A stretch of DNA of 61,725 bases, the filler included, from Bipalium vagum (Eukaryota): NCBI GenBank assembly GCA_037834085.1. It is 3 parts of 3 records of this genome, joined end to end, with 100 filler letters (N's around TTAATTAATTAA, not from the genome) between each part and the next. Parts side by side here need not be neighbours in the genome. Positions count along the whole stretch, not along the records: positions 44,252 to 61,725 come from JBBMKC010063919.1; 2 more parts are not named here. One strand, written 5' to 3'. Position 1 is the stretch's first letter. Each line of letters starts with the position of its first letter. Shown here piece by piece: positions 47,300 to 61,725 of the stretch. The notes under the pieces are model-generated. The model ran no database searches. It saw nothing but the letters and a program-made list of their open reading frames with translations, and was not told the DNA's origin. A program made the position numbers and the translations under genes.

Positions 47300-48008
47300 A
47301 ATAAATCATTAGACTTTACAATGAGAAATCAGGTGAACCGATATTCAAATAAAAATGTTAGTAAATCAATTCGAAAACGAATCTCAAGATCTTCGATTTT
47401 TATTAAAATTAAATAAGTGCCAGTACTCGATGATCGTACCGCAGATACTATAATCAAATAATTGTCAACTCTGTTATTTCCCAGTATCTTTTCTGTGTTT
47501 TCCATGTCAAATATGTATAACGAAGTGTAAACTTCTTATTTTTTAAAATTATTTAATTCGCGTTCATCTTTTCACTAAAAATTGTAACAATAATAAATGT
47601 AAATTTTTTAAAAATTTAATTTTTATAAAAGATCTGACTTTGTGTCAGTTATTTGATTAAGTGTTTATAGGCTTTGGATTTTCTGAAAGATCGAAATCAT
47701 TTTTCTTGAATCTTTTGAAATGAGCCTTGATTGTATTATAGTGCACGGCATCAGAACCCATTACTTTGCATAAATTTCGATGAGCTTTACGTCACTGTAG
47801 AAATTCATAAGGTATACATGCTGACAACGCATGTCGATCTCCTGCTAATATTTCCGCCATTAGTTAAAATATCTAAAACAAAAATAGTTAACATTGATTA
47901 TTATAATATTAAGATCAATAACTAAATCAAAAGAATTTCAAAAGCAATTGCTAATAACAATATATAGAGAGAATAAAATAGTACAATACTTATTGGAAAA
48001 CCTAATAA
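47300..48008 (-). mobile_element. Decayed mariner 5' half with TIR
   Basis: MAEILAGDRHALSACIPYEFLQ*RKAHRNLCKVMG...FKRFKKNDFDLSE; TIR-like tacttattggaaaacctaata. Confidence 0.75.
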
Positions 48009-49449
48009 TATTCGATTCGATTTTTCAGTTATAATTTGATTTGATTAGAATTTATCCATTTATTATTATTTTTGATAAATTCCGATTAAATATTAGAATC
48101 AAATATTTTAAAGTTCCACCAAAACGTTATTTTATGTTAATTTGACCTTCTCTCTTACACCCATTTTAAGGAACTTCACAGCATGTTATTTTTATGCTTT
48201 TATCTAAATTTTTATTAGTTATAATATTTCTTTTTTATTTAAAAAAATTGTTATTCATAAAAGACAATTAGTATAAAATATGGTTATATTAAATTAATAT
48301 TTTCGCTTTCTTTTATGTTATTTTCTGGTTGACATAATTCTTCTTGATCTTTAAATTAAATATTTAACGTCTAATAACGTTATAAAAAACTTGGTATAAT
48401 TTTAAATGTATTATTACAAATAAACAAAACTTTTCTTTGACAGATCGTAAAGAAGAGAGTTACCTCATTAATAGTCTACACCCTTGAAGTTCACTATGTT
48501 TATTTCGACTGCATTCCACTAGTGGATTTAGAAAAGGAAGTGCTTTTTAATTAATAAATTAGAAAACGATAAAATCTCTCATTAAGTATCCTAAAAATGA
48601 GGACAGAAGTATATAAATAGTGATCCCTGAATAACCTAAAGCAAACAGAATTTCTTTTTAATAAGAAATGAATAATGTTGATCAAATAATAGGTTTTAAT
48701 ATCCCAACAATGTCAAAAATAACCCAAATATATTTATTCCTTTTCCGACTCTCAGATAATTATCGCGAAAAAATATAAATAAATAAATATATATAGCAAT
48801 TAATCACTTAACCTATTAAAAATGAAAGTTTTATTGCTTTAATGTCATCAAACATAAATTTTTTGATAAGTTTTTGCATTTTCTTGAAATAATAAGGTAT
48901 ATATTATTTTCTTTCACCTATTTAATTAATCTTATTGCTTCAAATTCATCTTGTCGCTCAGCTTGAAAAAATTTTTTTTCCAAGACAAAATTTTATTAAA
49001 TATAAAATTAAAAAATAAAAGAATTATTTATGTCAAGGAGAAATAAAATGCCAAAATGATAAAAAAAATAATCTGTTAAATAAGTGCTGCTAATTTTCGA
49101 AATGGATTTCTTAAATTATTTAATTATATTTTTTTTTATTCTTCAGATTCTTTTTTTAATATTTGATATCAATATATATCAGAGGTGTTTAAACATTTTC
49201 CAGCTTATAGCAAAAACATTATAAAAATGATGATTATAAATAAAATTATAAAGAATAAAGAAAACAAAACCAATTTTTATAAAAAAAATTAAAAATTTTC
49301 ATTTTTAAGGAGGTCGTTCAGGAATAAAATCATTTTAATATTATTTGAATTTACTTGAAATGTTTAAAAGAGATCATCGGAACACATAAAAATTATGCCT
49401 CAAAAGATTACACAAGTAAAAATTAAGCAAGGTAAAAATTTAGAACAAA

Positions 49450-50250
49450 TAAAGATTTATTTAAATTCATAAATAAATTCCCTTAATTCTTTAACTTGTA
49501 ATTTTTGCTTATTCTAGTAAGATTGTATATTTTGGGTATGAGCTGAAGTCACAGGATCAACGAAGTTTAATGAATGAGTAACCGATTTATGTTGAAATCT
49601 TAATAATGACAATTTCATGTATGCCCTCCATTGATCGCTATGGATAATTGTTTCTTCACGGCATAATTTTCGAATAATTGGAATCAGTGTTTCTGCCTTC
49701 CTATTTCGCACCACATCAATGTAATCTCAAACATGTATGGAGCTTGTGTTTACTGTTCCAAAAACCCATACCTCATTGCATGTTGACCGTCTTCGATGAT
49801 ATTTCGGCTTGCGACTGAACAAACTCTCATCTATTTGACAGATAACTCCCGATCAACCGAACCGTGTAGGATTTCTTTCTAAATAAGTTTCCGTACAAAA
49901 TTTCCGTACTTCATTGTAAAATCTACTAACAGAAGGTTTACAAATTGATAATTCCTGTGAAAATATTTTTTTGCCTCTTCTTTCGAAAATTCGTATAATA
50001 ATTCCAAACAAAGATTTATAGAAATTGAAAATTTGAATAAAAATGATCCTGTCCGAATAGATTTTGTTGTCTCTATATTTGGGAAAATCTTTATTATTGC
50101 ATTTCCATACATAACAGTCGTTGATGGATAGATGTTTGGTCCAGATCATATTATTTGAACAGTGATTGCGAAACATTGTTGATTTTAAAATACCCTTGTT
50201 CTTAAAATAATAATTTTGATCTTCAATTTTTGAATTCAATAATTGCTGGA
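49450..50250 (-). mobile_element. Decayed Merlin (IS1595/ISXO2-like DDE) transposase
   Basis: CQIDESLFSRKPKYHR, WVFG, RKAETLIPII, IIHSDQWRAY, SVTHSLNFVDPVTSAHTQNIQSY. Confidence 0.9.
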
Positions 50251-50429
50251 CAATAATTTCGTAACTTCTTGGCGTATTTGTGTTGAAATTTAATTTAATA
50301 ATCCAGTTAATATATACAAGTAAGCTCCCGAATATTACACTTTACGTTTACTTAAACTGGGGGCGTTATTTTTCTAAAGATTAATAATTTTAATTAGGAA
50401 TTTTTTTAGCAAATTATATATTATAAATA

Positions 50430-51130
50430 AAGGGCGAACACACCAAAATCGAGACACATAAACGTCATTCTTTAAGAATTTATTTTATTTTGAAATCTTA
50501 TTTCACAAAAACAATATATAATATTAAATTCATTACATAACACTAAAATATTAATTAGATGAAGTACAGTAGGCTACTGATCGGACTTTCCGTCTGATTG
50601 GTCCCATTAGGTTTTGCAAAAATGTTACAATAACTCACCATCACATGGTTTGAAACTACCCGATGATTTGTATCCCCTAACTGCTATTCTTTGGTACTCC
50701 TTTACCAATTGACCAATATTTCTTAATAGGTCGACGTTATGGACTATTGGACAATATATATGAACAAAATTGACTTGTTTCTCATTGCACCGCTTGTTTG
50801 TGTTATTTGCATAGTGATAACTTGCTGAATCTGGCCACAGAAAAGGTTTCATTTGTTTTAGTATCTTTAGCAAGTTTTGATCCAGATATATTTGGCTATT
50901 TATTGTTTCAGTTATCACGTAAAGTTCACTTTTCAGACCACATGAGCACATGACCTGACAAACCGGAAATGTTGTACTTTACTTTCTCTTTCCATTCTTC
51001 AGGAACATGTTTTTGTGTTCTACTGTGTGTTCAAACCTTGACCGGCAATATACTTAAACTTTTTAAACGTTTCATCATCAATAACAACACATTCATATTT
51101 TTTAACTTATGTGTCGCACAACTTCCGAAA
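50430..51130 (-). mobile_element. Decayed IS630-Tc1-mariner element (DD37E-like)
   Basis: CSCGLKSELYV...TINSQIY...FLWPDSASYHYA; terminal gacacataa / ttatgtgtc. Confidence 0.7.
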
Positions 51131-53861
51131 ACGAAATTTAATTATATATATTAATTATATTAATATTATATATTTTATATATTATACTTACAAGTTATAT
51201 ATTGTAACTTTGATATATAATGAAAAAAATAATATTTTTATAGAAAGTCTTATAATACATTATAAAATATTATAATGAAATATGAATCAAGCATGAATGG
51301 GATACCCATTGTTTTCATTTCATTTAGCATCGTTCTCAACAGGGCAAAGGCGAAAACCGGAAAATCTTAGCCTGGCTAATAAAAAATCTGTATGCCACAA
51401 TAATAGATACTCTTTAAAAGAGTCCCTTTTTGGGTCGATATTATATATATCTCATTTATACTTGATTTCTAAAATATTAAAATGTTTTCTGTCTTCACTT
51501 TCATAAATTATTTCACCACTCTCTCTTGGATTATGTTATGGTTAATAAATTCTAATTTTTGACTTGGCCAGCTTTCGTTGAAAAGTAATTCGCGATGCAA
51601 ATCTTACTAACATTAATTATTTTAATTCAATAAAATTGTAAATTATTTCGACTGAAATGTCACAAAATCAATATTTATTTTTTATTTTTTAATGAAAAAT
51701 TATTTTTGAAATGACAAAAAATATTTTTAATAAAATTAATTTTTAAACATGAAAAATATAACTTACTTTAATAAAAAAAATATTATCTTCAAACAATTTC
51801 TGGAATTAGTTTTATTCATTTAAATAACATTAACTGTTAGAAAAGTTTACTGAAGTTATTGTTAGTTTTTGTCACGTAATGTTTTCTGTTATTTTGCTAT
51901 TAAAATTATTTTTTTCAAGAGGTCCACAAATTATTTTTATTACACATGTTAATTAATTATAAATTTTATTTAACTATTATTAATATAATTTATCCAGTAA
52001 AACAAATATGTTTAAAATATAAACCACATTTCAATTAGACTGCAGTTTCTGGGTCAAGGTCATGTATATCACAACTCAAAATTTCATTCTAATTACTTAT
52101 AAAATAAAAAATGAAAACGAGGTTCTCATTGTTGGTATCATAAAACGTATTTTGCGTTAAATAAAAAATTTGAAAAAATTTACAATATCATTTTAATTGG
52201 TGAAAATAAATTAGGTAAAATTACTTGACAGAATATCCTACAAAAGGAGTTAAAACCAAAATATTTACGATCTGAGATTTTTGTTTTGAATTTCTTTTAT
52301 AACTGGAATATTGAGATTTCTTTGTAGCACTGGTACATTTAAAATAAATTATTACGATCAATTTGATTGGTCAATTAGTCAAATAAATTATTTAATGATA
52401 AAAAAACAAATATTAACATTTTTTATGCTAATTCCTAATAATAATAGAAACTATTGGTACATAAATCAAGATTTAAATGACATTTTACCTACTAAGTAAG
52501 CTGATAAAATTTATTGTTTAACTGGAAAAAAATATTTAAACTAAATAACAGAGATTTTGTAATTATACAAATGATTTACAGTGATTCTACTACAGAGAAA
52601 CTATGGTGATAAATTATTAACAATTTGAAAAGAATTTCTAAATAAAAAGATTTTTTCTTTGAATTTCAGATGGGGACTAAGTAAAAATTGTTTTTTCTTT
52701 AATTTTCGTAAATAATTTATCGGAAAATAGTAAAAAAAAAATTACCTGACCTTCTTCAAAAATTAAAATTAAATACGTTACCCGAGAATATTAAAACATT
52801 AAAATAAAATACCAGAATAATTAATTAATTTTTCAGTTTTGTCATATTTATTCTCATATTAAAATCGATGTCTTGTTTAATTGTTTCTTTCGATCGGATC
52901 ACGTATTAGATTTTATCAATATCTTTTAATTAATTTTCTGAGCTTGAACGATAATTGAATATAGATATTATATATACTTTTCATGATTGGCTTCGCATGA
53001 TCTGATAATTAAATTCGAAATAAAATTTCTCCGTTTTATTTGACTCCGAAGTCTGTCACTTTTACTTCATTTGTAACAACCTCAATTACTTAAATTTCAT
53101 GAGACTTATTAATCAGAAAAATATCTTCAAAGATGAAATTAATAATTTATTGATAATAATTATAATAACGTATTTTAAAGATTTTCCTGATTGTTAATCA
53201 AAATTATTTTCCCTTCTTATATTAGTTTTTTTCATTATTAAGTAAAAAGCTTCGAATAAAAAATCCTCAAAAAAATATATAAATAAAATATTTTTTATTA
53301 ATAAAATATATTTTTAATGAATTTTTTTAAAATGTCTTCAATATTTTTTCAAACATTTTTAATATTTTTTTTTAAAATAAAAATGGTTTCTTAAATTATT
53401 TATATTGGTTTTGATCTCTTAGACAAAGCCATCTCTCTTAACTTACATAGAAATAATTGAATTAAAAGGTAATTAAATTGGAAATAAATTAAAATTAAAA
53501 TGAGATTAAATAATCAAAATTACTTCAATCGTTTTAAAAATAAAAGAATTTTTATATTTCGAAAAGATTTCCTACTTAAAATGTTTTGTTTTATTAATCA
53601 TAAATTAAAATTATGTAATTATACTTCAAATAATTCCTCTTTAAATTAAAGGGAAAATAAATATATTTGACAATCTTAATTTTATGGCATCCAAACATTT
53701 TGTTAAAAATAATTTTTTAGTAATTTATTCTGAAATAATTTTCTTAATAATATTTAAATTAGCTAATTTTCTTTACTATATTTCCATCATAAACCTTTGT
53801 ATAAAAATCAATAATAAATAATAATGTGTTTTAATTATTATTTTTAACGAAAATTCAATAA

Positions 53862-54736
53862 TATTGGGTTTTCGCATAATTTGTTAAAGATTTTTAATAT
53901 TATATTTCATGACTATGACAAGCCTATTTTAGGTTATTATAATTAGGATAGATTGTACATTATATAAAGTATTTCAGAACATAATAATTCTACGTGCAAA
54001 AGTATCTAAATATTTTAAATAATAATAAATAAAAATTAATAATTTAAATAAATAATTTAAATTGTTTTAATTTGAATTTTAGAAATGGTATGTTAAGATA
54101 TGATTTTACGAGCTAATATGCTTTATGTTTTCATCGCCAGTTATGCGTCTCGGTATAAATAGATTGGTAATGTTACGCTTGAGCAACATATCACAAATAA
54201 TGAATCTTTGCATTAAATGATTTTTTTTGTCAATTGATGTTGAATCCAAATATCCAGCTTTTTTAAGTATCCCATCCTTACCACATGTCTGATAGCAGAT
54301 TTTTACGATATTTGTAAATATACTATATCACGAACTTTATTTCGTCATCAAGAGTTTCCATTGGCCTCTTAGAACGGAAACCATCTTGAATCTCGAAGGT
54401 TCTAGATTTAAATTTTTTATACCAAATCTGACATTTACGTTCGGTTATAGCATCAGAGCCATACAGAAGGCCTAACTTTTTATTTTACCTCTGCTAAAAA
54501 AGCAAAATATATCGGAAATGCTAAATAAACTTTATCAAGTCAAATAAGGTGATGTATTTAAACAAAGCTACCTTTAATTTTAGTCTTGTGAACAGTAATC
54601 TTTTATTTTTTAAATAAACGCCATTTAACGAAGCTACCTTTACTTATAATTATAATATTTTATGTATTTTAGATTTATTACATAAATAAATAAATAAATA
54701 AAATTTTATTAAAATAATGTGTTGGATAACCCAATA
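53862..54736 (-). mobile_element. Decayed, internally deleted mariner with TIRs
   Basis: tattgggtt / aacccaata ends; RKCQIWYKKFK, GYLKKLDIWIQHQLT, RITGDE. Confidence 0.85.
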
Positions 54737-54939
54737 TTAGTTGAAAAAGGAAAGACACAATTAATTCTGAAAAAGATTCATTTAAAAAACATTAATGTAT
54801 GAATATTGTATAGAAAAGTTCTGTTGCTAAAATTAATCTTAAAAATGGACCTTTTTCTGAACAACTATTTACATTTCATAATGGCAAAATCAATATATCG
54901 GTCGAAAATAATAATTTATCACACAGAAATTTTGATTTC

Positions 54940-55540
54940 TTAAAAATAACCACACCACAGTTGGAAGGTATTTAAAATCACTTGGCTTGATAAAGAAGTA
55001 CGATATCTGAGTTCTATGTGTATTGTCTGAAAAAACGTAATTGATCGAGTTTCTCGTTGTATTTCTTTGCTGAAGTGAAAGAAACATTTTTTACAGGATT
55101 CATTATGAGTTGAAAAGTGGATCATGTACAAAGAAAATGGCATTGGAAAAATGAGATATGGTAATCCGATAACAGCTTCAAATGCAGAATAATAGTATAT
55201 TTCTTGGTGAGACAGGTCGTCAATAAGTAATGAACTTTTACAGTAAACAGTAAAACAATAAAAATTACCAATAGAATACAAGTATGTCTTGACTTATCAT
55301 AAATTAAATGACTTTGGACTGGAACTTCTTATATATTCTCCATATGACACCTTCAGTTTATTATTTCTTTCGATCGATGTACAATGGTGTTAATGGAAAA
55401 CGATTATAGTCATTTGAAACTTTTAAAACATGTAGGTTTTCTTATCAAAATCCTCAAAAAATAACGAAGATAGAATTGTGGAACTACTTCAGGTGTGTCA
55501 GATGTCCACTAAAAACAATGATCAATATCTCGTTAAATAA
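54940..55540 (+). mobile_element. Decayed mariner transposase
   Basis: TVGRYLKSLGLIKKYDI*V, KWIMY, KLNDFGLELLIYSPY, NNDQYLVK*. Confidence 0.7.
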
Positions 55541-56089
55541 ATTTTAATTAAAAAAAAGATAATTTGCAACTGAACTTTTTTTATTCGTCAAAACATCATT
55601 CATCATTCCACTGCTTTCAAAGCCCCAGAACATAAACACCTTTGAACCAACATAATATTTTTTGATATGATGCATTTTTTATATTATCTGTAAAATGAAA
55701 ATATTTTTCGTCTGGGTATTTTTGTTTACTTTTCTGCTACCTCGGTTATGTGATAATGGCAGTTCGTTATGAAGAACAAAGTCGAAAAATGCAAATGTCA
55801 AAAGAAAATAGAAAACTACCTGGTGGTCAACAAAATATTATTAACCAAACTGTCAAACGATTGGGAATGTCAATTTAAACTGTTAAATTTCATTTTGCAT
55901 AAGTTTTAAAATTCCTTATACTGATTTTTTATCTTTTCAATCTGTGATCAGGTATTACAATTAGACAAAAATCTATATATCGAGTTTAACAATCGGTTGG
56001 CAATCCTAACTCTTAAGCATGCAAGTATGATTCCATAATTGTTAAGATTAAATTTTCAGTGACACTTATAAAAGTTTAAGTAAACTTTT

Positions 56090-56640
56090 ATTACAAATAA
56101 TTTCCATCATTGATTAAAACTTTTTCCAACATTTTGGTAAATCGATATATTCAATAATAGAAATTGACCTAGTTTCAAAGTAACAAAATCATCTTTGCAC
56201 TTTTTATATATTCATATTTGTTGAATATCTGCTCTTGCATCATTGATCTAATCATGTTTTAATCCGTAGGAGAAATTTCTCATGAACATGGTGAGTGGAG
56301 AGACATATGTCATTTGAAATCTTTAAATAAACCTGTACCATGTTTTTTGTAAAATGAGACTGACAATTGATATCCATTGTAATTGCCAGTAGCTATTTCT
56401 TTTGGTTTCAGTATTTCATAATACTGAATATTTTCTTGATCCATTAGTAAAAATAATGATACTTTTTCCATGAAAACTGCCTTTTCTGTTTGAAACTAAA
56501 TGTTATTACGTCCATTTTTGCCTAAATAAATCATATTCTGATATTCAGTGACTATATAATGGAAGGACTTTCTTTTATTCCATTCAATCAATTTTTTTCA
56601 TTTCTTTGGATATTTATTCGTTGCTCGCTTTCTTCTATTC
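56090..56640 (-). mobile_element. Decayed mariner transposase
   Basis: KRKSFHYIVT, DQENIQYYEILKPKE, LPKCWKK. Confidence 0.6.
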
Positions 56641-56779
56641 AATTGGCTGACTGAAAGATGAAATGACTAAAATAGCTAAATTACAATAAAAAATTGTCAA
56701 ACACTTAGTCAATAATTAATGGTAACAAATTCCATGTAGCAATGAGGATAAAGCAAAAAAAAGAATTTAATGTTAAAAA

Positions 56780-57052
56780 TCATATTGCATATTCTCACGG
56801 TATTGATCCTTTAAATTACCATTTTTATGACAACGAATTTTAGTATTTAAGAGACATCGAAAATCATCTGTGAATGTATTTACTCAACACCAGCCAGAAT
56901 TCTTCACTAATACCATCTTGAAACTATCCAATCAATGGCGACATATTATCGAACATTATGGTGCATATATTATTTAATAAAATTATCCATGCTCTTTAAA
57001 TGAATCGTTTAAGTCTTTTCATAAACCAAACGAACTTAGAGTTAAGCTGAAT
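56780..57052 (+). mobile_element. Mariner 3' fragment
   Basis: QPEFFTNTILKLSNQWRHIIEHYGAYII* followed by a TIR-like end. Confidence 0.6.
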
Positions 57053-57559
57053 AATTTTTTTTTCATTTAATATGTCAACTTAAGGAGTGCATATTCTGTA
57101 GTTTTACTACAAAGATTTCTTTTATTAGGGTTTGTACTTTAGTTTCATTAATTACATATTGTTAAACTGTTGTTTTAATTCTTGAATTACTTTGAATGAC
57201 ATTCGTAATGTAATCAATATTTCTTTTAATTTTTAATAAATCAAGAGGAAAAACTGTTTTAATGAAATAGAATGAACAAAGTCTAGTAATAATTTTTCAT
57301 GATCTGCTGGTTTATAATCGCTGAAACAATGAATGAATAGAAACCATATCCGCAAGGCAGACCCGAGACAATAACCAGCAACATGTTATTTATTAATTAT
57401 AAAATAATACGCGTTTTTCTTTACTATTAATTAACGACAAATGTCTTCAATTTCTCAATTTTCATTTTAGTCCCTGTGAAAAATTGCTCTTATTTCCATT
57501 ATTATATTACACGACCTGAAGTAACAATTTGTAGAGTAAGTAATAATATAAAAATCCTT

Positions 57560-57581
57560 GTTACCATAGCAACAATAAACA
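57560..57581. promoter_or_regulatory. Candidate RFX X-box with adjacent forkhead motif
   Basis: GTTACCATAGCAAC (57560-57573) fits GTNRCC-N2-RGYAAC and is immediately followed by AATAAACA. Confidence 0.4.
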
Positions 57582-60500
57582 ATGTTACGGAAAATGTGAA
57601 ACTGAAAACTTTAAAAGGATGTTGTCTTTTTTAAACTCGGTTTTTCACAGAAATAAGAAATGTTTTCTAACATATCTAAAAGCTTTCTGTAATTAATACT
57701 ACACATATTCTATGATGATGTGTATCGAAGACTTGTTAACATTTAAAACAAAAAATATTTTTTGAGAAAATTTTAATTGCATTTATATTAAATAAAATTA
57801 TACAGATTTATTTATAAATCCCTTACGAAAATAATATTATATACATAAAAAATAAAATAATTATTGATGTAGTCAGCGTTCGCGTGCAATTTTGTCAAAT
57901 AAGAATGTTAATTAAATATAATTAATTAAATTTATCAGAAAATGTCAGAAGCAAATAAATTTTTGAAATTCTTAAAATGGCATGTACTGTGTAAATTAAT
58001 AATTATTTTTCAAGTTTTTAATTTTTTTAAAAATAAAAATGATATTCAAATCATGTACAAATGTAAAATTTGTTATAGCTGTAAAACGACATTATTTTTG
58101 CACCAACCTAACACTTTAACTTAAAATTATTTGAATTTTTTTCAATTAAATAAAATCAAGATTTTCTATTTGTAAATATTTATATAATTGAAAAAAAACT
58201 TAAATTAGCTTACACGCTAATTGTTTTAATGGGGGAAAATTACTGTATTTATAACTCTATAAAAATTACTCTATTTTTAAATGTAAATATTTTAATATTT
58301 TTTAATTAATTTTTTCACTTTTAAAAGTGAGAATTTCTTTATTTAATTTAAATTATTTCTCTTTTCAATTCTTTTATAATTAGAAATCGAATTAGAACTC
58401 GTATATCAATCTCCTGAGAATATCTGATCAACAACAATGGATAAAGTCTATGTATATATTTTTGAGATTTATCACAATCTTGATAATCAGCTGAGTTCTA
58501 AACTTTTCACAAAGAAATAATCTAGGTCCAACTATTTACTCTTGTTCTTTTTAACCATCAAGAAATCAATAAATTATTTGAGGCAAAAATTCCACGGTTT
58601 CAAAATTGAAATAAATCAAATCATAAAGTGTCTTTCATTAAGAAAGGTCATTTTAAATTTAGAGCTTTTGTTTAAATATGGTATTTACAACTGTCAAACC
58701 TTATCATTTTATATTTTAATCTATACCATTGATAAAAATGAATCGATATAGTCAAAATACATTATAAAAATGGTGAACATTTAAGTGGTAAAATAATAAT
58801 CTGCTTTTAAAAATATGGTTTTCATGTATTTCAAAATGACGGTTTTTAATGAAAACCCTATATTTTAAAGATTATTTTGGAGTTCTTATATCTTAAAGAT
58901 CCAGAAAACTTTGAAAATCTCTATTTATTATAGACTCAGAAATAAAACATGAATTAAAATTTATTGAAATTATAATTATTATTTTATTTTTTAATAATTT
59001 AATTTAGGTGTACACTTAAACTTATTTTAAACTTACTAAATTTTGTAAAATTCATAATTAAAGATTTTTTAAAAATTAAAATAATTAATCTGTTTAAGTA
59101 TCGTGTAAAGAAGGATCACTGATAATAATCTCAAAGAATATTTTGATGTGTAATAAATATTCAAAATATTATATTATAATATATTTATATATATAAATCT
59201 CAATTATATCGAAAACTATGATAACGTATCAGTCACTGACAGTTGCAAACGGTAAAAAAAATAAACAATTTCAAAATGCCTTTAGCTTTTATATTTGTAT
59301 TGTTATCGACTTTTATTCCTAAAATACTTTAACAAATAATATAAATTAGAAATTAGTAATATATTAATTGATATTGATAATTGATTATATTGGTAATACT
59401 AAAATAAAACCAATGTTAAACAATTTCTGCGCTTTCAAATGTTATATAATTTAATGCGTTCAAACAAATTTTTTTAAAAATCATTATTGTCAAGTTTGAA
59501 TATATAAAAAACAATTATTTTTTACCAACCTTATAATAATTAATTTTGTAATTAAGTTCTAAAATAAAACTTTTTATAAAATATATTTTAATTACATTAT
59601 TACATGAGTATTATTCCAGTACATTCAAAAAGATATTAAAAAAATAATTAGTGAAACTATCATTATAGTTTTTCTCTTAGTAAAGATTTAATTATTACAA
59701 TATTTTGAAAAATTATCTTCTGATATATACACAATATACTTTTAAGCGAATAATATACAGGTTCGGGTATAATAATAAACCTTTCTAAATGTTTTGCTAT
59801 ATCTACCTGAATTTCATACTAAATTTGATTAGTCAAATTATAAATAATTAATATAAGGACAAAAGAACATGGAGATGTCAATGTCATTTTAGTTTTGTTC
59901 ATATGATAGTTCAGATCAAAGGAAAAGAAAGAAATTGGTTTAGTTTTTTTTCTCTTTTGAGCTTTTTTTATGTTTTTTAGAAATTAGTTCAACTAAATAT
60001 CAAAATAATTGTTAAGATTTTATGTAGCATATTCAACTCCATATTTTTTCAGATTTTTAAAAAAAATTGTAATTTGACCCATATTTAATGAAAGTAAAGT
60101 AAATTATTTTATTTGTTCAAATTTTATGAATTTCTGATTTTCAGAAATATGAAAAATAATAATGAAAATATCAACGTTCTCCTATAAAAATAACTACTTT
60201 TGTACTATCGTTTTTGGTTTCAAGATTCTTCCTTGTGTCAGAGATCACCTGAAAGCTGGCTACAGACGCAAACCGTTTTTTAATACATTAAGACATTCTA
60301 GGCTTCTGTGAACAGAAATTTTTCGACTAAAACCATCAACTGACGGAAGTGAAATTGTTTAGACTGAATTCTAAATTTCATCATTTTCAGAGAGGAAGAC
60401 TGCATATATAAACGAATTATAATGTTAAATAGTTACAGAATTCAGTATTCATAATATTATTTAAATAATATATTATTTATTTATTATACAATGAAAAATA

Positions 60501-61725
60501 TCCGAAGGCATTTTTCTGAAAACAAAAACTTTCAAAAACCACCTAACATTGAATATTACATTAAATCTCCATATTATACATCCCGGTTTTCTTTATAATT
60601 ATTTATTTCTGTTTTAAAATTACCTTTAAAAATCCCCATGAATAATTTTCAAATAATAAATAAAATATTTATTATTTTAAAAAGTATTTAAAATGAAATA
60701 ATTAATTTTTTTAATGTAACAAATCAATTTAAACTATTATATAAGATATCAATAAAATATTTGTGCAATATCTATTATCAATATTTTAAATTTATTTATT
60801 AAATTGATTAATTGAAAATATTTATAAATTTTTATTTTTATAATTATTGATAATTTTTAATAAAATTACTAAATTATATTCGACAGCTCGAAGTACTTTA
60901 TCAACGGGAAATATTATAACAAAATATAATCAAATTTGTAGAAAGAAATTGAAAATCATTAAGAAATATATAAGATAATAATTACTTGCAGAAACTACTG
61001 ATCGTGATATATTTTCGACGAGGAAGGATTAAAAATAAAATAAATAAATTTATGAAACCTGTTCAATGAAATAAAAAACTTTTAATTGGAAGTTGTTTCT
61101 GTCCAATGCCGTCTTCATGTTTGGGTAATGAAAAATTATAATAGAAAAATTCTCATTTCTTTACAACACTGGAGACAGGTTTTAAATACAAAATTATATA
61201 TGAAAGTTGTTATTGTTATTTACCGAGTTCCTGATTGTATTATTACAGATTTCATGTTCTTTAATTTGATTGTACTGCTCTTAAAATAAAATTCTTATAT
61301 TGAAAATATTTATTATTTTTACTATTACTGTTATTATTCGATGCTGAGATATGAAGCAACAAGGTGAAGATCAAGTGAACAGTCCTAACATCTCAGCAGG
61401 GCCAATACTCTGCAATTTTTGACTACATACTAACAGGATCAAAGAAAGATAGTTCTTCATATTGAAAATTTATTTATTAATATTATTATTATTAATATTA
61501 TCAAAAATCCAAATCTTTAGCAAGCTCTTTGTATATTATGTGAGGACTGGCTTCAACTAATGTCTCAGTGATTGACAGTCTGTTATCATGTACTTCCTCT
61601 TAAAGGCTCTATTTTTCATTTTTAAACCATATGAGTCAAGTTATATATAACATGGGGCCGAGCATTATCATGCAAGAAAATGACCTTCGCATGTCTTTTA
61701 GCCCATTCTGGTCGATTTTCTTGCA

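Noticed and set aside
47731-47925. Plus-strand ORF or candidate exon ARHQNPLLCINFDELYVTVEIHK
   Set aside because: It is the antisense of a mariner HTH remnant on the minus strand.
48440-48545. Short open frames with splice-like boundaries on both strands
   Set aside because: No partner exon or recognisable homology; could be chance.
54940-55281. 113-aa minus-strand ORF
   Set aside because: Antisense of a decayed plus-strand mariner transposase.

Overview
Very AT-rich metazoan genomic DNA. Introns of 43-60 nt, dense mariner debris and the GPCR type are consistent with a triclad flatworm, but that is inference. Two identical artificial spacers (44 N + TTAATTAATTAA + 44 N at 27113-27212 and 44152-44251) split the window into three contigs whose adjacency is unproven. 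Contig 1 (1-27112) holds 17 exons of a NALCN sodium-leak channel gene (domain I pore loop to the start of domain III). These include two alternative domain-II pore exons (TEEGW vs TQKGW), and the introns are filled with decayed Tc1/mariner, hAT and Merlin elements. Contig 2 (27213-44151) is gene-dense and intron-poor: a SAC3/LENG8-like gene, a SIRT2-like sirtuin with a decayed tandem copy, a decayed Ulp1-type protease, and a cytosolic valyl-tRNA synthetase. The most unusual signal is that this ValRS ends in an AIMP3/EF1Bgamma-like GST-C domain where the usual C-terminal coiled coil is expected. Contig 3 (44252-61725) has one intronless class-A GPCR, many transposon remnants and a consensus RFX X-box.
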